Counted from the stretch's first letter, positions 41,020-53,605 are shown. The stretch is DNA of 64,000 nt from Octopus sinensis (GCF_006345805.1 NC_043018.1:19468001-19532000); one strand, 5' to 3'. Notes: a model not told the origin generated them from the letters alone. Numbers and translations: made by a program.

Positions 41020-41618
41020 GTGGGGTTTAAACGCCAAAAGGTTAATTATAAAATAGGGTAAATACTATTTTATGCTACAGTATGTTTCCTAGTTTTAAGC
41101 ATCGAGTTCAGTCTTGAAATATAATTTATGGTGTTCATTCATTAAATTTATTTATTTAATAGGATTTTGGTATAAATATATTTTTCAATGTTGGAGAAGA
41201 TATATTCGTTTGGATTCACAGGAGTAAATCTTCCTTGGAATAATTTCCACAAAGATTATGAAGCCTAAGGGAATAATATGATAACAAGTCGCTGATGGTG
41301 GTTTTTATAGTTCTCTGGAATTTGATATTCTTCAAAGAAATATTTCATAAACCAAAATTTTCAACATGTCTAGCAACTTTGCTATGTTGTTTGTCTTCCA
41401 TTATGCAGATCCATCAATTCCTTTACCGTTTTTATCTGTATTTGATAACCATTTATCCTAGCATATTAGTGTGTGTGTAATGCATGTGTGTGTGTATGTA
41501 TGTGTGTGTTATGTGTGTGTGTGTGTCTTCCTGCCTCTCTCTGTCTTTCAATCTGTCTATCTGTCTGTCTCTCCCTGTCTATTTCTCTCTCTCTTTCTCT
41601 CCCCTTAAATCTGTCTGC

Positions 41619-41659
<41 letters not shown>

Positions 41660-41665
41660 TTCCTG

Positions 41666-41697
<32 letters not shown>

Positions 41698-41739
41698 TTC
41701 AATCTGTCTGTGTGTGTCTATCTGTCTGTCTCTCCCTGC

Positions 41740-41778
<39 letters not shown>

Positions 41779-42683
41779 CCCTTAAATCTGTCTGCCTCTG
41801 TCTGCCTCTGTGTGTGTGTCTTCCTGCCTCTCTCTCTCTCTCTTTCTCTCTCTTTCAATCTGTCTGTGTGTGTGTCTATCTGTCTGTTTGTCTCTCTCTG
41901 CCTATCTCTCTCTCTTTCAATCTGTCTGCCTCTGTGTGTGTGTGTGTGTGTCACTACTTGTTTCTTTCTCTCTTTCTATTAGTCTATCTCTCAGTCTCTC
42001 TCTATCTCCTTCTGTCTATCTCTTTGTCTCTCCTTGCTTCTCTCTCTCCCTCCTCATTCCCTCCCCCTCTTCCCCTCGCTCTCTTATAATGGTCTTTTAT
42101 ATTCAATAAAAAAAGTCTCTTAGTTGCCACAGTTGTTGCTGTTGTTGCTTAACCCCTACCTCAGTCACCCTGATAAGACAAACCCACTTATGAATAAAAG
42201 TGCTCCAACCATGACCATCACAGCTAGACCCAGGGCTATAATGTTAAAAAGGAGAAAAAAATAGTAAAGCATTTTCTTAAGCCAGGAGTGGCTGTATGGT
42301 AAGTAGCTGTATGGTAAATGTGTTTACATTCCCATAACTTAGCGGTTCGGCAAAAGACACCGATAGAATAAGTACTAGGCTTCCAAAGAATAAGTCCTGG
42401 GGTTGATTTGCTCGACTAAAAGGTGGTGCTCCAGTATGGCTGCAGTCAAATGACTGAAACGAGTAAAAGAGTAAAAGAGTACCATGCAGTGAAACTGAAC
42501 CTGGGACCATTTTACTGCTTAGCAAACTTCTTAACCACACAACCAAGCTTGCTGAACAACCAGACTGCCTAATCAGATTCCTTCTGAGATCCCCTTCGGT
42601 CACGACACAGACCAAGGGATTGCACCTAGAAAGTTACCCTCCCAGGCACAAGTCCGGCCAAGGTTGTTTATGGAAGACCAGCA

Positions 42684-43378
42684 GTCGCCCATGCATACTG
42701 GCCTCCCCTCTCCACACCACCAATGTTATCCAAGGTAAAAGCCAAAGGGGCCGATACAGCTTGGCACCTGTAACGTCGCAACTCATTTCTACAGCTGAGT
42801 GAACTGGAGCAACGTGAAATAAAGTGTCTTGCTCAAGAACACAACACGCATCTCGGTCCGAGATTCGAGCTCACAACCTCACGACCGTAAGCTTGACACT
42901 CTAACCGCTGAGCCATGCGCCTTCACATCAGGTTAATAAGTGTTTGCTAAAACATTAAGCAAGAAGACCATGAGAGACCACACCCTGGCTTTAGCAAAGC
43001 ATTGTGATGAGTTTTTATGTGAGGACAAAAGTCACCCATGCATACTGGCCTCCCCTCTCCATGCCACCGATGTTATCCAAAGTAAAAGCCAAAGGGGCCG
43101 ATACAGTTTGGCACCTGTGACGTCGCAACTCATTTCTACAGCTGAGTGAACTGGAGCAACGTGAAATAAAGGGTCTTGCTCAAGAACACAACAAGCAGGC
43201 CGGTCCGAGATTCGAGCTCACAACCTCACGACCGTAAGCTCGATGCTCTAACCACTGGGCCATGCGCCTTCACATCAGGTTAATAAGTGTTTGCTAAAAC
43301 ATTAAGCAAGAAGACCACGACAGACCACACCCTGGCTTTAGCAAAGCATTGTGATGAGTTTTTATGTGAGGACAAAAG
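42684..43378. repeat. 347-bp direct tandem duplication (SINE head + unique flank)
   Basis: 42684-43030 and 43031-43378 align with few substitutions. Confidence 0.92.
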
Positions 43379-43573
43379 CAGTTTTTTCTTTGCTTTGGCT
43401 GTGAGCTCTTTAAAATCCTGCTTCTTACAATATTATTAATTACGGCAAATTGTTGTGCAAGTTGCCTTCTTTTGTTGTGTGATGTTAAAGCTTTTTGCGT
43501 TCTGTTTGAATGCGTTAGCAGTTTGCACTCAGTCTATGGACATACTTCACATGCTAATTCACTTAAGAGATGG

Positions 43574-45060
43574 GTGTGTGTGTGTGTGTGTGTGTGCATG
43601 TGTGTGTGTGGTAGTGCGTGTATGAGCATGTGTGTGTGGGGTTGTGAGTGTGTATGAATTTTGTGATTTTTATTATCATTGTATCTGAGTGTGTGTATGC
43701 GTGTGCGCGTGTGTGTGGATGTGTATGCTATGTATGTGAGTGTGTGTGTTTGTTGTGGTGTGTTGTGTGTGTGTGTGTGTGTGTGTGTTGTTGTGTGTGT
43801 ATGAGCATGTGTGTGTGGGGTTGTGTGTGTTGTATGAATTTTGTGATTTTTATTATCATTGTATCTGAGTGTGTGTATGCGTGTGCGCGTGTGTGTGGAT
43901 GTGTATGCTATGTATGTGAGTGTGTGTGTTTGTGTGTGTGTGTTTGTGTGTGTGTGTTGTGTGTGTGTGTTGTGTGTGTGTATGAGCATGTGTGTGTGGG
44001 GTTGTGTGTGTGTATGAATTTTGTGATTTTTATTATCATTGTATCTGAGTGTGTGTATGCGTGTGCGCGTGTGTGTATGCTATGTGTGTGTGTGTGTATA
44101 TGTGTGTGTGTATGAGCATGTGTGTGGTAGTGCGTGTATGAGCATGTGTGTGTGGGGTTGTGTGTATGAGTGTATGAATTTTGCGATTTTTATTATCATT
44201 GTATGTGAGTGTGTGTTTTTGTATGTGTGCGCGCATGTGTGTGGATGTGTATGCTATGTATGTGAGTGTGTGTGTTGTGTGTGTGTGTTGTGTGTGTGTA
44301 TGAGCATGTGTGTGTGGGGTTGTGTGCGTGAGTGTGTATGAATGTGTGATTTTTATTATCATTGTATCTGAGTGTGTGTGTGTATGCGTGTGTGCGTGTG
44401 TGTGAATGTGTGTTATGTGCATGTGTGTGTGTGTGTGTGTTGTGTGTGTGTGGTAGTGTGTGTGTATGAGCATGTGGGGTTGTGTGTGTGAGTGTGGATG
44501 AATTTTGCGATTTCTATTATTATTGTATCTGTGTGTGTGTGTGTGTGTGTATGTATGTGCCCGTGTGTGAATGTGTGTGTTGTGTGTATGAGCATGTGTG
44601 TGTGGGGTTCCGTATATGAGCATGTGTGTGTCTGAGTGTGTGTGTATGTATGTGTGTGCGCATGTGTGAATGTGTATGTTGTGTGTGTGAGTGAGTGTAT
44701 GTGTGTTGTGTGTGTGTGAATTTGTGTGAGCATGTGCATGTGCGTGTTTGTGTGAATGTGTGTGTGTGGTTGTGTGTGTGTTGTGTGTGTATCTGAATCT
44801 GTGTGTTATATGTGTTTGTGAATGTGTGTGTGTGTGTGGTTGTGGTTGTGCATGTTGTGTGTGTATGTGAATCTGTATGTAATATGTGTTTTGTGGCGGT
44901 GTGTGTGTGAATGTGAGTGTTTGTGAACGTGTGTGTGTGTGCTGTGTGTGTATGAGTTATGTGTGTGTCAATGTGTGTTATGCATACGGGAGTGAGTGTG
45001 TATGAGTGTGAACGTATGTTGCATGTGCATGCATGCTTGTGTACGTGTGCACATGCGTGC
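43574..45060. repeat. (TG)-rich minisatellite, ~160-180-bp period, decaying rightwards
   Basis: Core TATGAATTTTGTGATTTTTATTATCATTGTATCTGAG at 43653, 43833, 44013, ~44174, ~44340, ~44498. Confidence 0.9.
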
Positions 45061-46118
45061 ATGCAAGCCTGTGTTTTCCGAGGCAAGCTAATCAATGCTG
45101 CAAACGTACGTTCCGATTAAACCATCAAAGTTAAATGGTAAACTTGACATTAATCTTTCGGATGCAAAACCATTTGCGAAAATCTTTTCAGATATCAGTT
45201 GCTATAGCAACATGCTTTGCATCTTTATCACTTTATTCAAAAGTATTTACATAGAAAAAGGCAGCCAATTATGGAAGAATATTTCTCTTGAATATTTCAA
45301 ATTATTCCTGTCAGGAATTTCAGTGCTTGACTCAAATTTCCACAGGGTTAGGAAGATGCGAGATCAGTTTCTCCTGGAATGAAGACGCGAGTCTAGCACA
45401 GACAACTGAGCTTCCCCGGCAAGCAGGGTACTTGATGCTCAAACTATTAGGTCAACTTGTGCTTTTTTTTCTTTTTTTCGTTTGTTAGACTGCGACCATG
45501 CTGGAGCAACAACTTGAAGAGGTCACAGTACCACATATGTTATTTCCATCTTTTCATTGTGCTGTAGTGATCGGTAGATAAAATTAGGGTACTTGGGTGT
45601 GCCTCTAGGCTTTATCAGAGAGTTTAGAAGATGGGCTTCTTTCAGTTTCCGTCAACCAAATCTACTAACAAGCTTTGTTTAGCCCTAGGCTAGAGAAGAA
45701 GACACTTGCCCAAGGTGCCACGCAGTAGGACCGAACCCGGAACCATGTCGATGACGGGTCAATACCCAGAAACTCGAGTCCGTGTGTATCATAAGTTGAA
45801 GACGGGAAGGATGGCTTCCCTTTGCAAATACTGTTAGGGCACAGAAAGTATGTTTATAGCCAGCTGGAGGCGGTGTCCTCCTGGGGCTACATCAATGGCG
45901 GTGCCCCAGCATGGCCACAGCTCGTGAGCTGAAACTAGATAAAATAAAATAAAAAATAAAATTTTCTTTTTAGGTTTTGTATTTATTTTCTCGGTCTCAT
46001 TTTGCCAAACCACTACATCATGGTTTCGCTTTCGCTATTCATGATATTGAGGTTTTACTTATTTGAATATGTATTTTCTTAAGAAGAAATTTTAGTCCAT
46101 GTTGTGTGTGATGATATT

Positions 46119-46502
46119 TGGAAGCACTCCGTCGGTTACGACGACGAGGGTTCCGGTTGATCTGAATCAACGGAACAGCCTGCTTGTGAAATTAACGTGT
46201 AAGTGGCTGAGCACTCCACAGACACGTGTACCCTTAACGCAGTTCTCGGGCATATTCAGTGTAACACAGAGAGTGACCAGGCCGGCCCTTTGAAATACAG
46301 GTACAACAGAAACAGGAAGTAAGAGTGAGAGAAAATTGTGGTGAAAGAGTACAGCAGGGATCACCACCATCCCCTGCCGGAGCCTCGTGCAGCTTTAGGT
46401 GTTTTCGCTCAATAAGCACTCGCAACGCCCGGTCTGGGAATCGAAACCGTGATCTCATGACCGCGAGTCCACTGCCCTAACCACTGGGCCATTGCGCCTC
46501 CA
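46119..46502 (-). mobile_element. Full tRNA-derived SINE (head H2 + tail T1)
   Basis: Minus: GGAGGCGCAATGGCCCAGTGG (A box)..GGTTTCGATTCCC (B box)..CCCTCGTCGTCGTAACCGACGGAGTGC. Confidence 0.85.
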
Positions 46503-46975
46503 CTGATGATATTTACGAGTGAATGACTCCTCAAGTAGGAAAATAAGGGGATGTAATTGGTTATCGTTATTAGTGTTATTGTTGTGGGTAAGGGAGATAA
46601 TTGTTCAGCTTTCAGTAATGGGAGGAGGATATATATGTACAGACAAAAGCAAGTTTTGAAAACCTTGTTTAGTGAGGGAATTTATGTACAGTGATGTAAC
46701 CGTGAACTGAAATATGTAGAAAGATAAAAGTTGGTTATGCATGCATATTAAGATATGTTACTCTTTTACTCTCTTTTACTTGTTTCAGTCATTTGACTGC
46801 GGCCATGCTGGAGCACCGCCTTTTAATTGAGCAACTCGACCCCCAGGACTTATTCTTTTGTAAGCCCAGTACTTATTCTATCGGTCTCTTTTTGCCGAAC
46901 CGCTAAGTAACGGGGACATAAACACACCAGCATCAGTTGTCAAGCAATGCTAGGGGGACAAACACAGACACACAA

Positions 46976-47006
<31 letters not shown>

Positions 47007-47769
47007 TACGACAGGCTTCTTTCAGTTTCCGTCTACCAAATCCACTCACAAGGCATTGGTCGGCCCGGGGCCATAGCAGAAGACACTTGCCCAAGATGCC
47101 ACGCAGTGGGACTGAACCCGGAACCATGTGGTTGGTTAGCAAGCTACTTACCACACAGCCACTCCTGTATTTTTCAATGGAAAAAGTTTAAATAAAGAAA
47201 CTTCTCAACCATACAGCCAAGCTGTACTTATCCATGTTGTAAATTGGTAAATGGCAGGAAGGTTACAAAACTGTAAAATATCAAACCAAGAAACAGAAAG
47301 GGACAAATCAAGATGTGGACCCCTCAAGCTGCATTGCAGGAAACCTGTCTGTAAGCATCGTAACTCACAGAAATCTGAAAGAAAAATTCCATACAGAAAA
47401 TAAGGCACAGGAGTGGCTGTGTGGTAAGAAGCTTGCTTCCCAACCACATGGTTCCGGGTTCAGTCCTACTGCGTGGCACCTTGGGCAAGTGTCTTCTTCT
47501 CTAGTACTAGGGCAAACAAAGCTTTGTTAGTAGATTTGGTAGACGGAAACTGAAAGAAGCCCATCTTCTAAACTCTCTGATATAGCCTAGAGGCACACCT
47601 AAGTACCCTAATTTTATCTACTGATCACTACAGCACACTGAAAAGATGAAAATAACATGTGGCGTACTGTGACCTCTTGCCAGAAACAGCTGTAAGCAAC
47701 TGTTCTTCTTTCTCCATTCTAGTAATTACTGGTACTTATATATGTAAAACACAATCTTTACATATGTAT

Positions 47770-47975
47770 ATATATTCATATATTCTCATAATTCAGTTCT
47801 ATAATTAAGAGATAAGGAATTATGTACATTATTTACATTATTTACATTTGATGGATATTTGTCCTCATCTTGTTGTTGTTAACACAACGTTTCGGCTGAT
47901 ATACCCTCCAGCCTTCTTCAGGTGTCTTGGGGAAATTTCGAACCTGGGTTCTCATTCCTAAGGTATATTTCGATG
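47770..47975 (-). mobile_element. Penelope-LTR-like unit (family II), best-preserved copy
   Basis: Homologous to 15285-15412 and 57121-57260; sits between a TA-rich stretch and (ATT)n. Confidence 0.75.
47881..47926 (-). ncRNA. Minimal type I hammerhead ribozyme motif
   Basis: GACAC-CUGAAGA-A-GGCUG(10-nt loop)CAGCC-GAAA-CG-U-U-GUGUU: helix I 5 bp, helix II 5 bp, palindromic ACGU helix III, cleavage triplet GUU. Confidence 0.72.
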
Positions 47976-47981
47976 TTGTTG

Positions 47982-48042
<61 letters not shown>

Positions 48043-49554
48043 CATTCAGGTCACTGCCTGGAATCGAACTCAGAATCTTGGGGTTAGTATGTATGTATGT
48101 ATGTATGCATGTATGTATGTATGTATGTATGTATGAATTTGTGTGTGTCTGTGTATGTCCCCCTCCATCGCTTGACAACCAGTGTTGGTGTGTTTACATC
48201 CCCTTAACTTAGTGGTTCAGCAAAAGAGACTGATAGAATAAGTACTAGGCTCTGGGATCGATTTGGTTGACTAAAAGTAGTGCTCCAGCATGACCACTGT
48301 CAAATGACTGAAACAAGTAAAAGAAAAAAAATAGAATAATCTCTCAATTGTTGGTGACATAACAGAATGCACTCAATCCATGCTGTAAAGTAGATAATGG
48401 TAATAAAAACATCCAATCATTGAAATGACGGTTTTAAATTTAGACACATGACTGGCAATTTTGAGAGGAAGGTGAAGAGGAAGGGGTTAATTATTGTTAA
48501 TGATCCCAGGCTTGACAGGTGTACCTTATTTTATTGAAAGGTAAAGTTACCCTTAATGGGATTTCAGCTGCCAAAAAAAAAAAGAAAAGCGCTACAAGAT
48601 AAGAAAGAACACAAGATATTTTGTTGGATGCTCCTACGATTCTACCAAACTGCAAAGCAAAACAGAGAGAAAAAAAATCAATTTTTCTCTATTGTTTTTT
48701 TTTTTTAATATTGGTTGACAAAGGACGAAGATGGAAAGTGTGACTTGTTGAGATGCATCCAAGCCATGCAAGAATGGTGAAATACAATGGATGTAGAAAT
48801 GATGGTGGTATGGGGTGGAGGTGACGAGGGTGACGATGGCTGTGGTGGTGGTGATGGTGATGGTAATGGTAGTCATGGTGATGATGATGGTGGTAGTAGT
48901 GGTAGTGATGATGATGATGTGATTGTAGGGGTGATGGTGATGTTGATGGCGACAGTACTTGGGGTGGTGGTGGTGGTGGTAGTGATCTCAGCGCTAAGAA
49001 TGGACAGTTATGAATTAGAATGATGAGAATGATGACGACGACGACAACGATGATAACGATGACGGTGATGATGATGATGATGAGGCCGATCATGATGGTG
49101 ATGATGATGATGATGATGATGTTGATTGTAGAGGTGATGGTGATGATGATGGTGACAGTACTTGGGGTGGTGGTGGTGGTGGTGGTGATCTCAGCGCTAA
49201 GAATGGACAGTTATGAATTAGAATGATGACAATGATGACGACGACAACGATGATAACGATGACGGTGATGATGATGATGATGACAGTGATGATGATGATG
49301 ACAGTGATGATGATGATGACAGTGATGATGATGATGACAGTGATGATGATGATGAGGCCGATCATGATGGTGATGATGATGATGACAAATATGAATTATG
49401 ATCTACAGCCAGACCATATACACTAACTATAATGAGATGCATTCAATACCAAAATATTCAACACACACACAAAAAAAAATTATTATTAAACTAAAAAAAA
49501 AAAATGAAAAAAAAAATGTCATATATAAAAAAAAACAAAAACAAATAAAAAAAA

Positions 49555-49836
49555 TCAACAAAAGTACAAGATCAACTTAATTTTACGAAACGACATTTTC
49601 CACTGTCGTATCTGACAATGAAACAATCTTGTATAGAATGCAACTCCAAGATTTATTGCTTCGTCTCTCATGACTAGCATACTTATAAGTCTGGGAGCTA
49701 CATTGTTACCGTATTCCAATGCACGTAGAAGCTTCTGGAAATGATACCATTTCATTCCAAACCCATCCTCAATGTTCAAAGTTTCACAAAACATTTTTAC
49801 TCCAAGTTGCGCCACATGCAAACTAATCTTTGACTG
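49555..49836 (-). CDS. Candidate coding exon or ORF of unknown product
   Basis: 93-codon stop-free frame (QSKISLHVAQLGVKMFCETLNIEDGFGMKWYHFQKLLRALEYG..) after a TTAG/CAG acceptor in a TE-free island; family not recognised; could be chance or 3' UTR. Confidence 0.22.
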   Translation of the reverse strand, partial: QSKISLHVAQLGVKMFCETLNIEDGFGMKWYHFQKLLRALEYGNNVAPRLISMLVMRDEAINLGVAFYTRLFHCQIRQWKMSFRKIKLILYFC

Positions 49837-50004
49837 CTAAGTTAATAAAACTACTTCATTTTATTTTTGTGGTTGTCTTTTGTGGTTAGTTTCTTCTGTT
49901 TTTTTTCCTTTTGTTTTCTTTGTTTTTTTGGTTTTGTTGTTTTAATATACGGTTATTGTAATTATAAAGTATTTATCAATATACAAAATATGAAAGTATT
50001 TATT

Positions 50005-50036
<32 letters not shown>

Positions 50037-51358
50037 CTATTTCGTTGTTATTTCATCTCAAGTCTGGCAGTCAAGTGATTCTTGCAGAGAGCCAGGAACC
50101 TGTGACAAAACGTCACTAAATACCATCAATAATTAATGTAACATCACTTGTTTTGCTTTCAGCAAAAATGATTTTACAACCATCAAACAAAAAAAAGTTC
50201 CGGCATTTGAAAAAAAAAACAACAACAACAAAATGAAAACAACAAGAAAAATTAATAAAAACAACAACAACCACAGTAAAAAAACAACCCTCCCCCACCT
50301 TCTGGAATACTTGATGTTTTATTGTAACTTTAATAAACCAAATGACTGTTGAGTTGGAAGAGCAGATCTGTGACATAAAAACTAATAACTGATCAATCAT
50401 TTGATTCATAAAAATCAGCATGAAATATGCTGTGTGACCTTTGAGCGTTTTTGTTGAATATTTTTGATCTTTCATATTTTATTTACCTCGGTTTTAACGA
50501 ACCTATAGCAAAATTTAATCAGTGTTTGGTGTTCGTTTTGCCATGCTTGTACGGTTCAGATGGAATTTGTCGAGGCAGAGACAGATTTTGTTTGGCTGGA
50601 TGCTCTTCCTGTCATTAACTCTCATCTGTTTCCAAGCAAGGAAATGGTCCTTCACACTCTGTTCATATACAATGAGCTTCTTTCAGTTTCCATCACCAAA
50701 ATCCATTCACAAGGTTTTATTTGGCTCAAGGCTATAGTAAAAGACACTTGCCCAAGGTACCACACAGTGGGACTGAACTCGAAACCATGTGGTTGGGAAT
50801 CAAGCTTCTTACCACACAGCCACGCCTGCACCTCCAAAATATAAGGAATATAAAAGATAGAATATAAGGAAATCTGAACTCTGATTCTACAAGATTTAAG
50901 TGATTAAGCAAAACTTGATGGTTTCAAGTTCTGACCGAGATCCATTTTTACTTGATGAGTGTCAAGAGGAAGAATCAGACTGGAAATTGAAACTAAGTTT
51001 CTACTTAAAGAAATCTTATGACTAATGTTTACATTCATAACAAGGTTAATATTGCATGCTGTGAGGTATTATGTGGCATTAAACTTGGTGGCTTCCTGCC
51101 AAAGACTGCATGTGATAGACTGTGCATAAGGTGTAAACATACATGCATACACACACACACAGATACATACACACGCACACATACATATGTACGTACATAC
51201 ATATGTACATACACAGACATACATACATACACATGCATGCATACATATATATGTGTATGTGTATATATATCTATATCTATATCTATCTATCTATCTATCT
51301 ATATCTATATATATATATATATCTATCTATCTATCTATATATATATATATATATATAT

Positions 51359-51411
<53 letters not shown>

Positions 51412-52124
51412 CAGATATTGGGTCGGCCCATAGATAATGTGATTTTTTTATACTTCTTTTATTTTTCAAAATTAAGATAAACAAAGTTATTTCTTAATCT
51501 AAAATATACTTTCCTTCATTTTCTACGAGGCTCTTCCATCTATCTGGTTGATTTGCAAGGCCCCCTCCTTCAAAATTCACTTGTCAATGATGAAAAATAC
51601 TCCTCCAGTACTGTTCTAATCTTCTCCTCCTCCTCCTCTGCCGCCGCCGCCGCCTCCTCCTCCTCCTCTGCTGCTGCCACCTCCTCTCCTCCTCCTCATC
51701 GTCATCAGCATTTAAAATCCGTTGTCCTGCTGGCATGGGTTGGATGGTTTGACCAGAGCTGGCAAGCTGGATGGCTGCACCAGACTCCAATCTGATTCAG
51801 CATGGTTTCTACAGCTGGATGTCCTTCCTAATACCAACCACTCCGAGAATGTAATGGATGCTTTTATGCGCCACTGGCACCGGTGCCAATCTGTGTGACA
51901 CCGGTATCTGCCACGACTGTGATTTTTTTCAGCTTTATGGATCTTCTTCTCAAGCACAACATAATGCCAAAAGTCTTGGTCATTGACTCCCTGAGTCTCA
52001 ATGTTCAAAAGGAGCTTGGTTTCAGTCCTTGCCTCCGTGAGTCTCACTGCTCAAAAAGGTGCTTTTATGTGCCACTGGTACGTGTGCCATCGGTATCTGC
52101 TATTACTGCAATTTTACTTGGTTT

Positions 52125-52704
52125 CTTCTCAAGCACATCTACAGAATTCATGTTTCTGTCCAAATGATTTTGAACTCAGCAGAATAAATGATAATCAGAT
52201 GGGGCAATGTCTGGTGAATATGGTGGACGGAGCATTGTTTCCCATTAAAAACTGCTCCAGCCTTTGAAATGTCATCCTTGCTGTACGTTCCACCTTCGAA
52301 TGAGAGCATGTATCCCTTCCCTGTAAAATTCTGTTGACTGTTCTTTGAGCCACTTCTTCACTATAGTTTTCACTTCCTCGTCACTGGAATAATGTTTGCC
52401 TCTCAAACCCTCTTTCATGGGACCGAAGAGATGATAGTCTGAAGGCACTAAATTATTCCAGTGATGAGGAAGTGAAAACTGTAGTGAAGAAGTGGCTCAA
52501 AGAGCAGCCAACAGAATTTTACGGGGCAGGGATACATGCTCTCATTCGTGGAACATCGCTATTGAGAGAAATGGTGACTATGTTGAGAAGGAGGGATGTG
52601 ATCCACAGAGGACCAGCTTCATTTTGATGTATGATACATGTCCCTGTGTTGGTAATTATACCTGTCCTAAACAAAATGGCATTACTTTTTGACTCACCCT
52701 CGTA
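52125..52704. mobile_element. Rearranged mariner remnants with one TIR
   Basis: Minus: PPYSPDIAPSDYHLF and PSDYHLFGPMKEGLRGKHYSSDEEVKTIVKKWLKEQ; plus: YSSDEEVKTVVKKWLKEQPTEFY..WNIAIERNGDYVEK; terminus TTACTTTTTGACTCACCCTCG-TA. Confidence 0.88.
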
Positions 52705-52715
52705 TATATATGTGT

Positions 52716-52749
<34 letters not shown>

Positions 52750-53427
52750 CTAGGTGTATCTATCTATATTCAAATAAATGTTTACATGCATATATTTCTG
52801 TGCATGTGTGTCTGTATAGATGTTTACATCCTGTGCACTTCACATGAAATTCCACTGAGTTACAAGCAACAAAGCTTGCTACCATTTCTTTACCAATAAA
52901 CCATCTGCTTAATGCATTTAAAAATGTGCCAAATAAGAGAAACACCAGCACTGGTATTTTCCCATCTGTTGGCACTGAAATTACTAAGTCCTAGGTGTAC
53001 GTGACAGACTAACACCAACAGTCTCCGGAAGCATCCAGTAAGTTTCTACCTCGTTCACAGCTTCCTAGGGTTCACCACTTTCTGCTGTCCTTTATGGTGT
53101 TGTTGGCATCTCTGGCATTTTCACCCTCAAACAAAAGCAATGGGCTGATTGCTCTTGCCTAGGTAGTTTTTAATAACACATACACATGCACACATACATG
53201 TAGATATGTATAGAACACATATATGTATAAATAGATAGATACACACATACATATATATGTAACTGTCCGAAATCGTTGTGACTTCTGGTACTTGACTGAA
53301 GAAAGAAAACCAAGAATGATCCATCTTTTTTGCTTGTCCTTCTAACTATTGTTTCTTTTGTCCACATTTGTGTCGTCTATCTGCCTGAATGTTTTAATGC
53401 CCTCTATACACAAACATATATATTCAT

Positions 53428-53605
53428 ATATAGTTAATCCAAACATGAAAGCACAAAAAAACACAACAACGCGAGGATGTGGAACAAATATAGTATTACT
53501 GGACGCTCAGGAAAGAAGGAAAGAATAAATGATAATCAGATGGGGCAGAGCTCTTTGTCTGAAACATAGGAGAAGGAAAGATCCAGAGAAGGGAATACAG
53601 AGGAA
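53428..53605 (-). mobile_element. Family III unit with the hammerhead 3' half replaced
   Basis: Aligns to 54392-54603 except 53525-53547. Confidence 0.8.

Noticed and set aside
45095-45488. 95-aa and 66-aa plus-strand ORFs
   Set aside because: No recognisable domain; length is within chance expectation.
46420-46502. tRNA gene-like sequences (also 58569, 59930-60013, 42850-42925)
   Set aside because: A/B boxes continue into SINE bodies; no complete cloverleaf.
24215-47168. 24215-24680 versus 46758-47168 as a segmental duplication
   Set aside because: Similarity stops at the SINE boundaries; these are two copies of a young subfamily.
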